Shown piece after piece: positions 42,571 through 55,148 of a stretch of DNA of 64,000 bases. The notes beneath the pieces were generated by a model. It did no database searches, was not told the DNA's origin, and saw nothing but the letters and a program-made list of their open reading frames with translations. Origin of the DNA: Folioceros fuciformis (Eukaryota); NCBI GenBank assembly GCA_049999805.1, contig JBNGIO010006282.1:1-64000 (forward strand), in the 5' to 3' direction. The position numbers were made by a program, and so were the translations under genes. Position 1 is the first letter of the stretch. Every line of letters starts with the position of its first letter.

Positions 42571-44510
42571 CTACTCGGTCTCACTCCATCCTTCGTCATC
42601 ACCGCCAAACATCGCTGCCATCTGCATAGCAAGCCTTGCTGCTGTGTCCCGCCTGTGAGAATCTGACATGTTGCGCAAGTTCTCTCGTAGGGACAGCATT
42701 TCCTGCATCAATTTCTCCACGTCATCTATCCCGGGTTCCTTGTCGTCTGGTGAAGATAGGCTCACAGGCCCTTGCGCAGCATGGGCGTTCCCATTTTCTT
42801 GTGGATTTGCAACGATGTTGTTGGGTACTGACACATCAGCTGGGACCTCTGAAGTGGGGTCCATAGATGTGGTACTCCCAGCAGCCTCCACCATAGAGCT
42901 GGACGGAGATGTTGGGGCACCACTAGGCTCCGACTGTCGTTCCTCATCGAAGCCCTCGTCTCTTTCACCAACTGCATCTTGCCCTGCTTTCGGTGCTTTG
43001 CTACTTGCGTCTAGGACTGACACCTCCACAGTTGAGTCCCTGTCTGATTGTTTCCACTGATGCTCGTTCACATCCCACACTTCCTCAGCAGAAGCATTAG
43101 AGAGAAGTTCATATTCAAAGGAGATTTCTGACTCGTCATCACTGAAGGCTTCATCTGTGGGTCGGATGAAACCAATCAAGATTTGTCAGCACACGACCAA
43201 AGATAGGACTAAACCTCCTCCAGACCGCATACAAGAAGCAAAAGGCTTAGGGGAAAAAAAACTGACCACCATTCTCCACGCTAGGTGGTGCGTCACTGAG
43301 TTTTGCAAGAGGCTTCATCACCATCCCAGGCCACATGTGTGCAGATAGTGCATCTCCAACACGAGAAATCCCCTGAGAGTCCCCCTCTACTGAGAGACCT
43401 GTTGTCAAGATAATCACACCATCCAAGCTCAACAAAGGCTACAGGGTAGAGAAGTCAAGCACTAATACGTCCCAGGAAAGCTGATGATCCACATACACTT
43501 GTCAAAATCTTCGTTGATGGCACAGGTTTCGATATACTCGATGCCCCTCTCACTGCACCACTCAATGCAAGCCCGTCTTCTCTCATTGAATGCTCTGTCA
43601 TCTTCCTTAGCCAGCAAACTGCTGCCTTCTGTTCGCTCAAGCCCATACTCCAGAAACTCCGGATGCGGATCACTGGACGATTCCCCCCTTTTCAAAAGCC
43701 ACCTCCTGTATTCCACATGCCCAAAATGTTCTGGAACACGGTCAGCCTTATTTCCCACACACAAGAGAATCTGGACGCTTTCCAGCTGTGCTCCATCAGC
43801 CCAAGCTCGCATGGCATCAAACGACGATGACTGCACACAAACGTTGTTCTCACATCAACCAATGTGGATCAATCCCATCAACATCCCAACTGCCCAGCTT
43901 GCAGAATTCAAATCAGCCACAAACCCAACAGAATTTTTCATGAACCCCACAGATAACTTACATCGCTCAGGTCAAAAACCATGACCACGGCCTCACAATT
44001 TCCCGCCATGGAATGCATCCTACGGCCATCATCCACGTTCTTGTCCTCAATCGGGCCCACCCAGATGCTCACGTCCGCTGTGTAGTACTTAGTGTCAATC
44101 CTCCAACTGCAGCAAAACCTACAAATCATTCTCTGCACCCAAATCCAACTCCATCCAACCCACACCGGAGCATCATCATCCAACACCCAATACCTTCAAA
44201 AAACCTCTGATGCTCCATACGGGCACCTACCCATGGCAACTGACCCCGGAAGATGGTGCTCCATCGGACGCTCCTTTGGTCAATTCTACAAACTCCCCAG
44301 GTACAATATGCATCTCACGTCCCAGTGGCAACCAAGCTCAAAAACCAGATAGAACATTGCACCAAAAGCATGGGCGTTTAAACTCTCACTGTTCACAATG
44401 GACCGCTTGCCAACATCCCGAGGTCCAAGCACAAGTATGCTAGGCCTGGCAGACAGAGCACGTCCATCAGCCCTGTGCTCCTCCATTGCCACCGGTACAT
44501 CCATTCCCAT
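42571..44510 (-). CDS. AAGAB: Alpha- and gamma-adaptin-binding protein p34 (AAGAB/Irc6), multi-exon
   Basis: RPSILVLG..DVGKRS, WRIDTKYYTADVSIW, ILLCVGNKAD, EWCSE.GIEYIE.CA, RVGDALSAHMWPGM.MK and C-terminal ...RRDTAARLAMQMAAMFG. Confidence 0.92.
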
Positions 44511-44799
44511 CCTCCACGATCCGCACGCTTGCGCTTCGTCTCGGACCAGATCTCGACACTGGGGCCCTTCACATCGGATGTAACGTCCTCCCGTGCCGGT
44601 TTTGAACGAGCCTACAGTAAGAATCTGTCGACGTCTCCCACTGTTGTTTTCGTATTTCTCTGTCTACACAAGAGTCCTTCATGACAAAGTAGAAAAACTA
44701 AGCAGCCGTGAAGTACGTACTTGTCACAGGTCGCAGGTGTGACCTGCTGGAGAGAGTTACATCTGCTCCTATCTGCCTTTGCCTCAATTTTGCCGCAAG

Positions 44800-47077
44800 A
44801 TGATGAATCCAGGGCAATGGCTTCTGGTCTCTTATTTGGCAGTCTTGCCGCTGATCATAGTGGTGCTTCTGTGTGGGGAGAAGCGGATGTTTGAGGGCAC
44901 GTTTGTGCAGCGTGCCCACTACTGGATAACCAGCGGATCCTGCGATTGCTTCCAGTAAGTTGGGTCTGGACTGAAATCACTCTTGATTGTGAGGGTGGGG
45001 TGTTTCTTGAAACTGGATTCGATCATGATCATGAGGTATGTGCAGGAAGCTGGTCGGACTAGTTTTCGGTGAGAGGGGAACGCGGGCATGTGCTTCTGTG
45101 GAGCACGCCTGCTGTGAACGGCCAAATCCTGTATTGCAGGCATGTGCCCACAATTGGGCTCTGTTGATCGTATGTCGATGGTAGTTTTGGGAGTAGAGTT
45201 TTCTGAGGCCACAATGTTGATTTTTGCAGCTTTTCTATCTGTCCTTAATTCTTGGTATCTACTATACGTTCATTACGACATGCTTCAAGTTCATTCCTGG
45301 ATACTATGTCTCAGCTCTGCACAAGTAGGCTTCCTGGAATCGTCCTTGTACATAGCTATCGAGTGTATCGAGTTAGCTTCATTTCTGCGAGCAGTTGGAA
45401 TTATTTCGTTGGTTCTCTGATGCTTTGAGAGCAGTTATGAGAAGTGCGTTTGTTTGTTCAGATATACAGGAACTGCGGCAGTCCTTTTTGGGTTGGTGAT
45501 CTTCCTGGTGACTAGTTTCTCTGATCCAGGCACCATAACAGCGGCAACCTTGGGCCAGCACGAGGCGACATATGCATATGACAATATCATTTACGAGCCG
45601 AAGGACTGCACAACCTGCGAAGTCCCTCGGTCTGTACTGATGCCTTGTATTTTGGTGCTAGAAGGTTCTTATGATGTGTGGAAGGCTCATGTTTCGGATG
45701 AAGAAGTTTGCCTAATGTCTGTTCATACTGACTTCTGGAGTTGCTTGCCTCTGCAGTCCTGCTCGATCCAAGCACTGCAGCATTTGTGATCGCTGTGTTG
45801 CCCGCTTTGACCATCATTGTGGTTGGATGGTCAGTGCTGCGAACCTCCAACTGCTGGCAATGCCTCTGCAGCCTTGAAAGGTTACTGTTGTGACCTTTCT
45901 GTTTGATATGACTGCCTGTAGCTGTCAAATCTGTTCTTTTTGTTGCTGAGCTGTTGTGGATTGTGTGCAGAATAACTGCATAGGGGAGAACAACCTTCGT
46001 TACTTCTTAGCGTTTCTTGTGTGGTAAGTGTTTGGTGCAGTGGCATTGATCCTTTTCTGTGTCCATCGACCGACATGATTGTCAAGGTCACAACATGCGC
46101 GGCGGTTGTTCTGTGCAGGCATTCTCTACTGTGCTGGTACGGGGTGTATGTCTTGATAGCCATTTTGGCTAGTGAGGTACGAGACAGAAGAGTTGTGCAC
46201 ACACTCAAGTGTATGTACTCACCTCTGTCAGAGTTGGTTCACATGCGGTGCTTTTTGCCCCTTGATGATGCTCTTCAAGTTCACCCGGTACAAACAACTG
46301 TGATTGCTGTGTCTTATTCCAGTCATTTCACAAGCTGCTGTTTGTTGGGGCAGATTACTTTGGGCCAAAAGTTCCTGGACAGGACCTGGTCATTCATGTT
46401 ATTCAGGTACGAAGAGGCGCTGAATTCTCGCAACTTGGTTTGTTCGTTTTTACACCTGCTTGTAATTATCATGAGGGGATGCAACGGCACGTGATGAGAT
46501 ATAGCTGATTTGTGTGCCTCGTTTTCTGCGCTTTCAAATTGATTGCAGTGGCTCATGGCATACTACTGGACGCAATTACTGTTAATGCTCTTCCTTGTAG
46601 TCATATCGTTCTTGCTCATGGGTTTTCTGGGCTACCATCTCTACCTGGTGGCAACCAACACTACCACAAATGAGGTGTGCGCCAATTGCACTCGTGCAAT
46701 GTTTTGTTGGGCATTTTGATTCCTGGGTACGAAATTCATGCTGATTTATAGCACCAGGCAGGATGCATAACTCGAAACTGCACAGCATCCCAGGTATGTG
46801 GACCACTAACTTGCCTTTCAATGCGGTGTACCAGTCCTTCAAGTGGGACACGTATCTAAGGTATCATGAGCAGCTCGCAGCACAAAGACAAGCTGCGGAC
46901 GGCAGTCATTCCAAAAGTAAGTCATCCAGTGTGGTACAATGGTTTTGCTTCTGGCGGGGAGGAAGGGGGCCAATCCCAGTGAAGAAGAACATCTACAACA
47001 GGGGTCTTCGAAGCAATTTCACGGAGATTTTGTGGCCTCACAGCACTCGGTCAACAGCATCTCGGAAACAGAAATAG
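44800..47077 (+). CDS. PAT17: DHHC protein S-acyltransferase, PAT17/Swf1-like, multi-exon
   Basis: [10 protein letters not shown]...[80 protein letters not shown]. Confidence 0.92.
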
Positions 47078-48084
47078 GAGTGGGCAGTGGGGTATGCAGA
47101 AGGCTTTGATTCTTAGGAGGCGTGATCCGCCAACATCCCAAGTTGAGGAGGACGAAAGGGGAAGACAGAATCCTCAGCAACGATACTTCTTCCGTAATAA
47201 TTGTTTCTATAAGAGGCTCCCGGCTCAAATTCAAAAGACATGTATTGGCGATGCCAACACGACAATCTGTCCATTGCGCTCGTATCACCTTGCTGAACTC
47301 ATTTGAACGGCTCGCGCAAACTCGTTGCTCTTCAGGTCATCACGACATGACACGCATGCAACCCCATTGCCAGGAATGCTCTCCTGGTCATTGCCCAATC
47401 ATAAGCATGCAACCTAATACGGCAGAGACGCAGAATTCGCATCGGAAAAGAATTCTATTCAAGTCCACTAAGCACGAATTTTGGCCATGGATTTCGTACT
47501 TCACCACTACATACTTGCTACAGAGGGAACCCATCCCCATCTCAGCAGGATGTTTAATTGCCAGATTCTTATAAACGCGTGCCCAAAAAGCTTAGAGAAA
47601 GTACTTATCTAAGTAGTTACAAAAGCTTAGATTAAAGGACATTTTAAAGCACTTTTTTTTTAGGGTATAGCTTAAGGTATCACAATGAACAATAGCTTTA
47701 AGGTTGCATGGCTTTAATTTGTAGTTGCTTTATCTTAACGTTGCACAAAAGCGATATTAAGCTTAAGAAATTATCACAGTTATTGCTTATCATAATCACT
47801 GCTCACATCATGAACAATGTTAACCTTAACATTGCTCTTGTATTATGAAAGCCTTTCATGTTAAGCTTAACATTGCTCTTGTAGCATGAGAGCCTTTCAT
47901 GCAACTCGCCTCCGAGATTCAAGGTACTCATGGTACTGTCCCATTTAAAAGATTTAATACACTATAACAAACATGCCTTTGGGCGATGCCATGAATATCG
48001 ATGGGTCTCTTGGGCTTCGTGTCACTATATTTTATTAATTTCACATAATAAATATATACTAAGTCTACATATGTCATACACGAG

Positions 48085-48455
48085 CGGCTATGCATTTCAC
48101 ACAACATAGGGGTGGCTATGCATTTCACATAACATAGGGGTGGCTATGCATTTCACACAACATAGGGGTGGCTATGCATTTCACACAACATAGGACACCA
48201 TGTCATTAATGCTATTGGGACTTTGGCCCAAGATGCCATAAATTAATATTATTTGGGCCCAAGATGCCATAAAAACTATTTAGGCCTTTTGGCTATTGGG
48301 ACACCATGTTATTGGGACACCATGTGCCTCTTGGCTATTGGGACACCATGCTATTGGGACACCATGCCATTAATATTGTTTGGCCTAAGATGCCATAAAT
48401 TAATATTATTTGGGCCCAAGATGTCATAAAAACTGTTTGGGCTTCTTGGCTATGC
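48085..48455. repeat. Cluster of short tandem/subterminal-type repeats
   Basis: ggctatgcatttcacacaacatagggg(t) x4 with a 28-bp period, followed by repeated ctattgggacaccatg and ggcccaagatgccataaa motifs. Confidence 0.8.
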
Positions 48456-48688
48456 GGCTACGTGTCATTATATTTTATCAATGCCACATTAATGTCACAT
48501 ACCATACCAGTGGTATATTATACATATATATAGAAAGGAAATATAAACGTATAAACATCATGGTATGTATGTATATAGAAAGATCTAGTGTTGCACGTGT
48601 CTCCAAAATTCATGGCCTGTGTTTCTCTTACTTTCCCCACCACACTCACCATATGATGGTTGGAGGGGTTCGCTTTTGGCTTTTCTCC

Positions 48689-51600
48689 TTAGTCATATTC
48701 ACGAGATGCGTACTTGACCGCCTTGTCACCCATAACGGATCTGCGACATCTCACTTTTTTCGTCTTTTGCCGCGAGGGTTTGAAGGGTTTTGAAGGTCTC
48801 TGCGAACGCCTTTGAAGTTCAACACTAACTACAGGCTCTTCGAGGCCTTGCTCCTCCTCACTTGCCTCCTCACTTGATGGGGCCTTACTCCTCCTCACTT
48901 GCCTCCTCACTTGATGGGGCCTTACTCCTCCTCACTTGCCTCCTCACTTAATTGACTTTGAACAGGCTCTGTTGCTACCTACAGTAAAACACTAGTAAGG
49001 AAACATGATTCATGATTCGTCATTGCTAAATTGGAGTACACCGTTTCAACATACCTTCTCCTTGCCATACCCAACTCTCGATTTCCTTTCAATCTTCTTC
49101 CGCTTTAAGCTGGGATAGACGGCTGCCACCACAGCAGCATGGTGGCAAGATGCGCCTCGCCACCACAATCTGTGCATGCATTGTCGTCCACATCATCTTG
49201 TTCTCCAATCAATGGTTCATGCCTACCTACCTCACATATTGCTCCTTCGTCATCCATTGCCAGCTCTCCAGGACTTTCCAGTTTAGTAGTTGTTGCTGCA
49301 ACTCATACAACTTTCTTTTAATGAGCTGTTGCATCCTTAGTTGTAGCGTGCTATCCCGAGTTAGAGAAAATGCACATGCTAATACATATGTTTCCGATAG
49401 GATCAATTTAGCCAACTTCCAAGGATGGTGACTGTGGAGGCATTTTCCCCCCCCTCTTCTTGCTACATAGGAGGGACATATCTTCTCTAGCAAATATCTA
49501 CCCTCGAACGCATTCACATTTTTTTGTAATCCACCACTATATGAGAAGGCAGGGGTCAGCTGATGTACTATCAACCACTTTGACCTTGGCAAGCCAAAAC
49601 ATCCGATTCTACGCATCCCCTTCATAAGGGACAACAATCATATCACCCTCCTTATTTCCGCAACATTGCCTTCAAGCCTTGCTCCTTCCCTTGCCGCATT
49701 TCCAGTTGGCTGATAGGTTTCGACATACATATGCCTAGGCTCCCCAAATACTATATCTACTTCTTCTGGGATTGGATACACCTCCTCCTCCACAATAGGG
49801 GATGTCAATGCCTCTCTGTTATACCACACCCAAGGCGCTCTCAATTGTTGGTCTTCCCCACTTACAATTCGTTGGGCAATAAATTCTTGAGACAACCAAA
49901 ACAATCGTCACCACTCTTTATCTTTGGCGCTTCCATATTTTTCCATTGGTTCTTCTAGCATCTTCCGGATCTATGCCAAACTATGTACATGATTGGGATC
50001 ATGTTCCTTTCCATGAATCTACACACCAAGTAGTGGCGTGCCAACAATGGGCGTTGTGGGAATTCTCTGTAAAAATTCAGGGCCCTCTTGTGGCTCCCAC
50101 CGTCTTGATGTAGATAGATGCTTTCCATGGGGAACAGTAATCATCATGCCTCCACGTCTCTCCTCACGAGTTATTTTAAACTGATGTTGATAACTATGAT
50201 TATGCAAGTTGCAAACTCATGCATCATTTAGCTCTCGCTTTCTTGTTCCCTTTGGCCATACGCATGCTAGAAAGTCTACCACCTATGTCACCATCTATAC
50301 TTCTAGACTAGACGAGTAAGCCTGCATGATTAGCTTCCACATTGTCTCTAATGATAGGGCCTTCTTATGCTTTAGTGTCTTTGAAAACATGAGAACATTT
50401 GATCAACGGCATCTTGCGTGTGCCCAACAAGGAGAAAGCTAGTCTTCACTTTGTTGAAAGTCTTTTTCTCGACAAGAATACATAGGTATGCAAACAGAAG
50501 CATATTCTTGTTTTCTCGGGCGATGTTGTCCAATTGCAAATAAAAATTTGTGGGCAAGACTTTTGAATGCTTAGCGATAACGTCCTATATAATATGAATA
50601 GTTCAATTTGCATCGTTGCATATGTTCGGGAAATTAAGGAAAACCTTCGTCCGAATTCCAGTGTTGTAGACCCAGTAGCTAACAAGACAGACCTGGATGA
50701 GCCCATCTACAAAGTCCTTTGGCAGTCCAATGAAGTGCAGGAGTTCTATTTTGCTTTGATCCATTCCATGTATCGCCATTCTACTATTTTGCTTTGATCC
50801 ATTCCATGTATCGCCATTCTANNNNNNNNNNGCCATTCTACTATTTTGCTTTGATCCATTCCATGTATCGCCATTCTAATATATTGACTTGGTCGGCATT
50901 GACATTTTAAACGATGCTTCCCTAGTTTTGCTCTCTCCTGTTTAATCTGTTCTCCATGGGTACGAAGCTTTTCTTTGTAAGACTCTGAGAATAGACAAGT
51001 TGGAAGATAGTGAAAATGTGCAAGAAAATTACTCTCAAGAACAAAGTTGTCAATCCAAACACTCCCGGCACAGCTAGAGATAAGATAGCCTTCCTGACAC
51101 GCCCAATGTTGCATGGGTGCAAGCCGTAGTGCGGCTAGGGTGCGGCCCAGGGCACGCCACACAGGGCTGGCTCTAAGGAGTGCCACAAACCCTGTGACTC
51201 GCTTTGGGAAACCCAACCCTTTTGAGGCCTTCAGGTGTGTCGTGTGACATCCTTGAAAGGTTTGCATACTCTAGTGGCGCAGCATTCAGCGTTAAGGGCT
51301 TGCCATTCGCTTTGGCTCTCAACAAAGATACCGAGGTCTATGTAGATGGCATACCTTGTTGTATTGGTGTTCTTCATCAGTGACTTCAAAAATTCACTGT
51401 CAATGCACTTGGAGAAGCGGTTGCTCTTGGGTATTTTCATCTTCAAGAAGTACATTTTCTATAGAGCACAAAAGTGGGAATGCAATACCTTGGTGAGGCC
51501 CGCACTGTAGACTTCTTGCTTGTACTCTATAAATATTTCCCCCTTTGTGTAAGAGTCCGGAAGGTGATATAGAGATGCATTGCGCAACCTCTTTGAAGAG

Positions 51601-51750
51601 AGCTTGAAAAATGATCCATCCAAGAAATACACTCCAACACATGATCTTCTTTCGAACGTATCTCATGTTCAATTCCGTAGACCATGGAGCATTGAGAACA
51701 ACTCGTCTCTTTAACTCTTGGTACCTTCCTTTCAGGCAAGTGTTTCGACC
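48689..51750 (-). mobile_element. Decayed DNA-transposon transposase, Sola-like/DUF7869-type
   Basis: Fragments carry FYLQLDNIARENKN...FLLVGHTQDAVDQMFS, IHGMDQSK and KIPKSNRFSKC, with multiple stops and frameshifts. A repeat cluster lies just downstream. Termini were not identified. Confidence 0.65.
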
Positions 51751-51751
51751 A

Positions 51752-52144
51752 CAACAGAAGATAATGTCAAATCAAGGACTCTAAAAGGACCTTGTGGTCG
51801 TTCTTGTACCTCCTACCCAATCGGCCGATCAAGACCAACTAATGCTTCTACACTCATGACTTGAAATGTTGGACACTTGATAGATCAACGTTCAGAGTGA
51901 GTGCTTGAGTGCTCGATTAGTGAAGGCACTCACGAGTTTGAGTGCATAATCTACGTGGAATATATTGAGTGCATAATCTACGTGGAATATAGAGTATGGA
52001 TGGATGCATGGCCATAAGGCCACCACCAGCATGCATCCCCATATGCTGGTGCATCCCGTGGTAACGGGCAAGCGGAATGTGAGTGGCGGGGCCACCTAAG
52101 AAGACACGCGCGCATTAATAACCAGACGAGTTTTGGGAATCGGG
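51752..52144. repeat. Direct repeat, copy A (~390 bp)
   Basis: caacagaagataatgtcaaatcaaggac...gacgagtttt(g/a)ggaatcggg aligns with 56387-56820. Confidence 0.9.
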
Positions 52145-52201
52145 TACCTAATCAGTGAATATTTCAAAAATTTGTGAGACATGTCCTCACATCCCCGATC
52201 A

Positions 52202-54803
52202 CTACGAAGCACTATGGGACATCCGACTTTCTCTCGTTGTTTTCGAAGGTGCCTCCTGTGAGGAGACACGCCTTCCTTCGAGATCGACCAATAGCCCCCG
52301 TGATTCCTGACTGCTACTAGTGGCTGAATTGGAAGAACCACCGGTAGAGTTCCATGTAAACCAATCTTTGGAAGAGTCGTTCAGCTGCTGCACCAGCTGC
52401 TGCACGCTGACTGCACGTCCGGATCCTACTGCCAGGTAATCGACTACCTGCCGCATGGATGGCCTGTCACCAGGCTTCGTGGCCGTGCACAGCAGGCCCA
52501 GCCTGAGCAGTAACACCACCTGCTCCTTGTTGAAAACACCTCCCAGAGCGGGGTCGGCTGCATCCTCCAACAGTTGCGACCCGGAAGCTGCCATGTCCTG
52601 GTGGAGTGACCTAATCCAGTTCAGTAAAAAGTGGTAATTGGGCGGCAGGTTCAAATCCATCGGCCGCCTGCCGGTCACCACCTCCAGCAGCACAATCCCA
52701 AAGCTGTACACGTCCGCCTGGACACTCATCTTGCCGGTGCCGACGTACTCTGGTGCCCAATAGTCCCGTGTTCCTGCACCACAGATGGGCGTGAAGCAAG
52801 ATTTCAGACATTTCACTACACTGAAACCACTCCTTGTTCATACATCTTTCCAAGGCGTCATTCACGTGCCCGAAGCTGAAAGAGATGATGATGGAAACCC
52901 TAGGTTACATACCTGCAACACGGCTGACTGTTTGTGCAGATCGGCCCCTGTCCACCAAGCGTGCAAGCCCAAAATCCCCCAACCGCGCATTCCAGTCCGC
53001 ATCCAGCAGCACGTTGCTGGACTTGATGTCCCTGTGCACCACAGCCTTCCTCACCACCCCTCCTTCCTGCCAATCCTCGTGCAGATATTGCAGGGCAGAT
53101 GCCACGCCTTGCAACACATGGTAGCGCGTATCCCAGTTCATCGTAGGCCTAGGGGTTGTCTTCGTTCTCCGGGGAGGATGCGGAGCAGCAGCAGGATCAC
53201 ACGCTTCCGTGTCATCATCGGAGGAGGAGTACTTCTCGCCGGGGGGTAACACGTAATGGTCCAGGCTGCCGTTGGGCATGCACTCGTACACCAGCAGCAG
53301 CTCCCCATTGGCCTCGTCCTGGCACCATCCTAGCAGGGGAACCAGATTCTTGTGCCGCAGCCTCGAGATGATCTTCACCTCGGCTTGGAACTCCTTGGCC
53401 CCCTGCTTGGATCCCTTGGAAATGCGCTTCACAGCCACACTGGTGCCGTCCCTCAGCTGGCCTCTAAACACCTTCCCGAACCCTCCCTCACCCAGCAGGT
53501 TTGTTGCCAGAAAATCGTTCGTGGCCGTGCGCAGCTCTTGAGAGGAGAAGGCCCGAGGACCACCATCAACGCTCTGCACCATCTCCAGGATGGGAGTATT
53601 GCCATGTTTCGTACCTTTTGAGCGCCAGCTGCATTGCCCCCGCCACCAACACATACACAGTGCACCACACACCACGACCACGCCTGCCAGGGAAGCTGCT
53701 GTTACAGCAGCTAAGGTGGCAGTGATCGACGAGCCATGCCCAGCATCCGGAACAGGAGGTGGGGCAGGGGCAGGGGCAGGAGCAGGAGCTAGAGCAGCGG
53801 GCAGAGTAGCAGCAGGGGCAGGAGCTGGAGCAGCGGGAGGAGTAGCAGCAGGGGCAGGAGCTGGAGCAGCGAGAGGAGTAGCAGCAGGAGGCAAGGCAGT
53901 CAGTGCGCTGCTTGCTCCTGTTTCGAACTGCCAGTAGCGAACCTCAGTCATTATCACGTCAAAGCCAGTGCCCGCAGAGAAACCCAAGTAGGATACCTCC
54001 GCCACCTTAGATGTGACATTGATGGGAGAGACGAACATGGTTGTGGCATTCTGCCTGAGGGTCGTCGCCGCAGCACCAAATTCCTGCCTGCTGGCCACGG
54101 CCGGCGCCTGCACCATGCTCACCTCCAGAACCTGAGACGTAGCATTGTACTCCACCCAAACTCCAAACCAGTTCGCCAAGAAATCCACCGGCAAAGCCTC
54201 TGTCAGTGTGCGATTCTGGATCGTCGAGAGGCTGCCGGCGAGCAGGCCCACGTATGGCGTGGGAGGGTCCCCAACATTTCTGAAAGTGTCGAAAGCGATG
54301 GCCACAAAATGGCTGTCGCTGGAACTGTTGAGCAAACCGAAGTTTCCCGCAATGGATCCCACGGGCGTGCTGGTGTCGGGTGCGATGAGGAAGGTCATGC
54401 CGTCGGCCGGGAGCGTGCTCGGCGAGCCGGTCGGGTGGGACACCCTTAGCACGAAGAAGGTCCAGAAGCTGGCGCCCCATAGCTGCACCGGCGCGTCCCG
54501 CATGTACCTCGCTGACATCCACTGGTCGCTGGTGCTCTTCTCGAAGGGGATCAATTGCAACGAGGAGTCTATGATCCCACAGCCCGGGTTAGTGGCGCAT
54601 GATCCATTGCTGTGGTCCATGTCGCAGTAGGAAGTGCAGCTGAACCCAGTGTCGCCCGGGAGAAAGGTGAAGCTCACGTTCTGCTGGCACCATGCGCCTG
54701 GTGCTGCTGCTGTCCAGACAAGGGTTGCAGCAGCCCAGAACCCCAGCACCCGACATGATCGGCCGTGTCTTGACTTTTCGCTCCATTCGACACACAAATC
54801 CAT
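52202..54803 (-). CDS. L-type (legume) lectin receptor-like kinase; 2 exons (54803-52913, 52773-52202)
   Basis: Signal peptide; legume lectin motifs (ADGMTFLIAP, FVAIAFDTF.N, VWVEYN, YLGFSAGTG); Ala/Pro linker; TM helix; intact kinase (GEGGFGKV, VAVK, HRDIKSSN, DFG, GT..YWAPE, DVYSFG). 139-bp GT-AG intron. Confidence 0.95.
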
Positions 54804-54898
54804 CTACAGGTTTCTAGAGACACCCACGGTGTCGCACATACGCGAATTTGGAGGGAGATCGAGGCAGAAGCAGAAGCAGGTTTCTCGAGGCCCAGGCA

Positions 54899-55148
54899 GC
54901 CCATTGCGGTCTACACTGCATACTCGAAGACTCCACTTTCTGGCCTTCACTGGGTTCTGCCGAGACGAAACTCGGGACAGATTCGGTCCTCTCAAGTCAA
55001 TGAGGAACTGGAAGACGGCGTTCGCCCATTGCGGTCTACACTGCATACTCGAAGACTCCACTTTCTGGTCTTCACTGGGTTCTGCCGAAACGAAACTCGG
55101 GACAGGTTCGGTCCTCTCAAGTCAATGAGGAACTGGAAGACGGCGTTC
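54899..55148. repeat. 125-bp tandem duplication upstream of the LecRLK start codon
   Basis: gcccattgcggtctacactgcatactcgaag...gaactggaagacggcgttc occurs at 54899 and 55024 with about 3 mismatches. Confidence 0.92.

Noticed and set aside
50745-50878. 34-bp repeat (RMAIHGMDQSKIVEW) around a 10-N gap
   Set aside because: It straddles an assembly gap, so copy number is unreliable.
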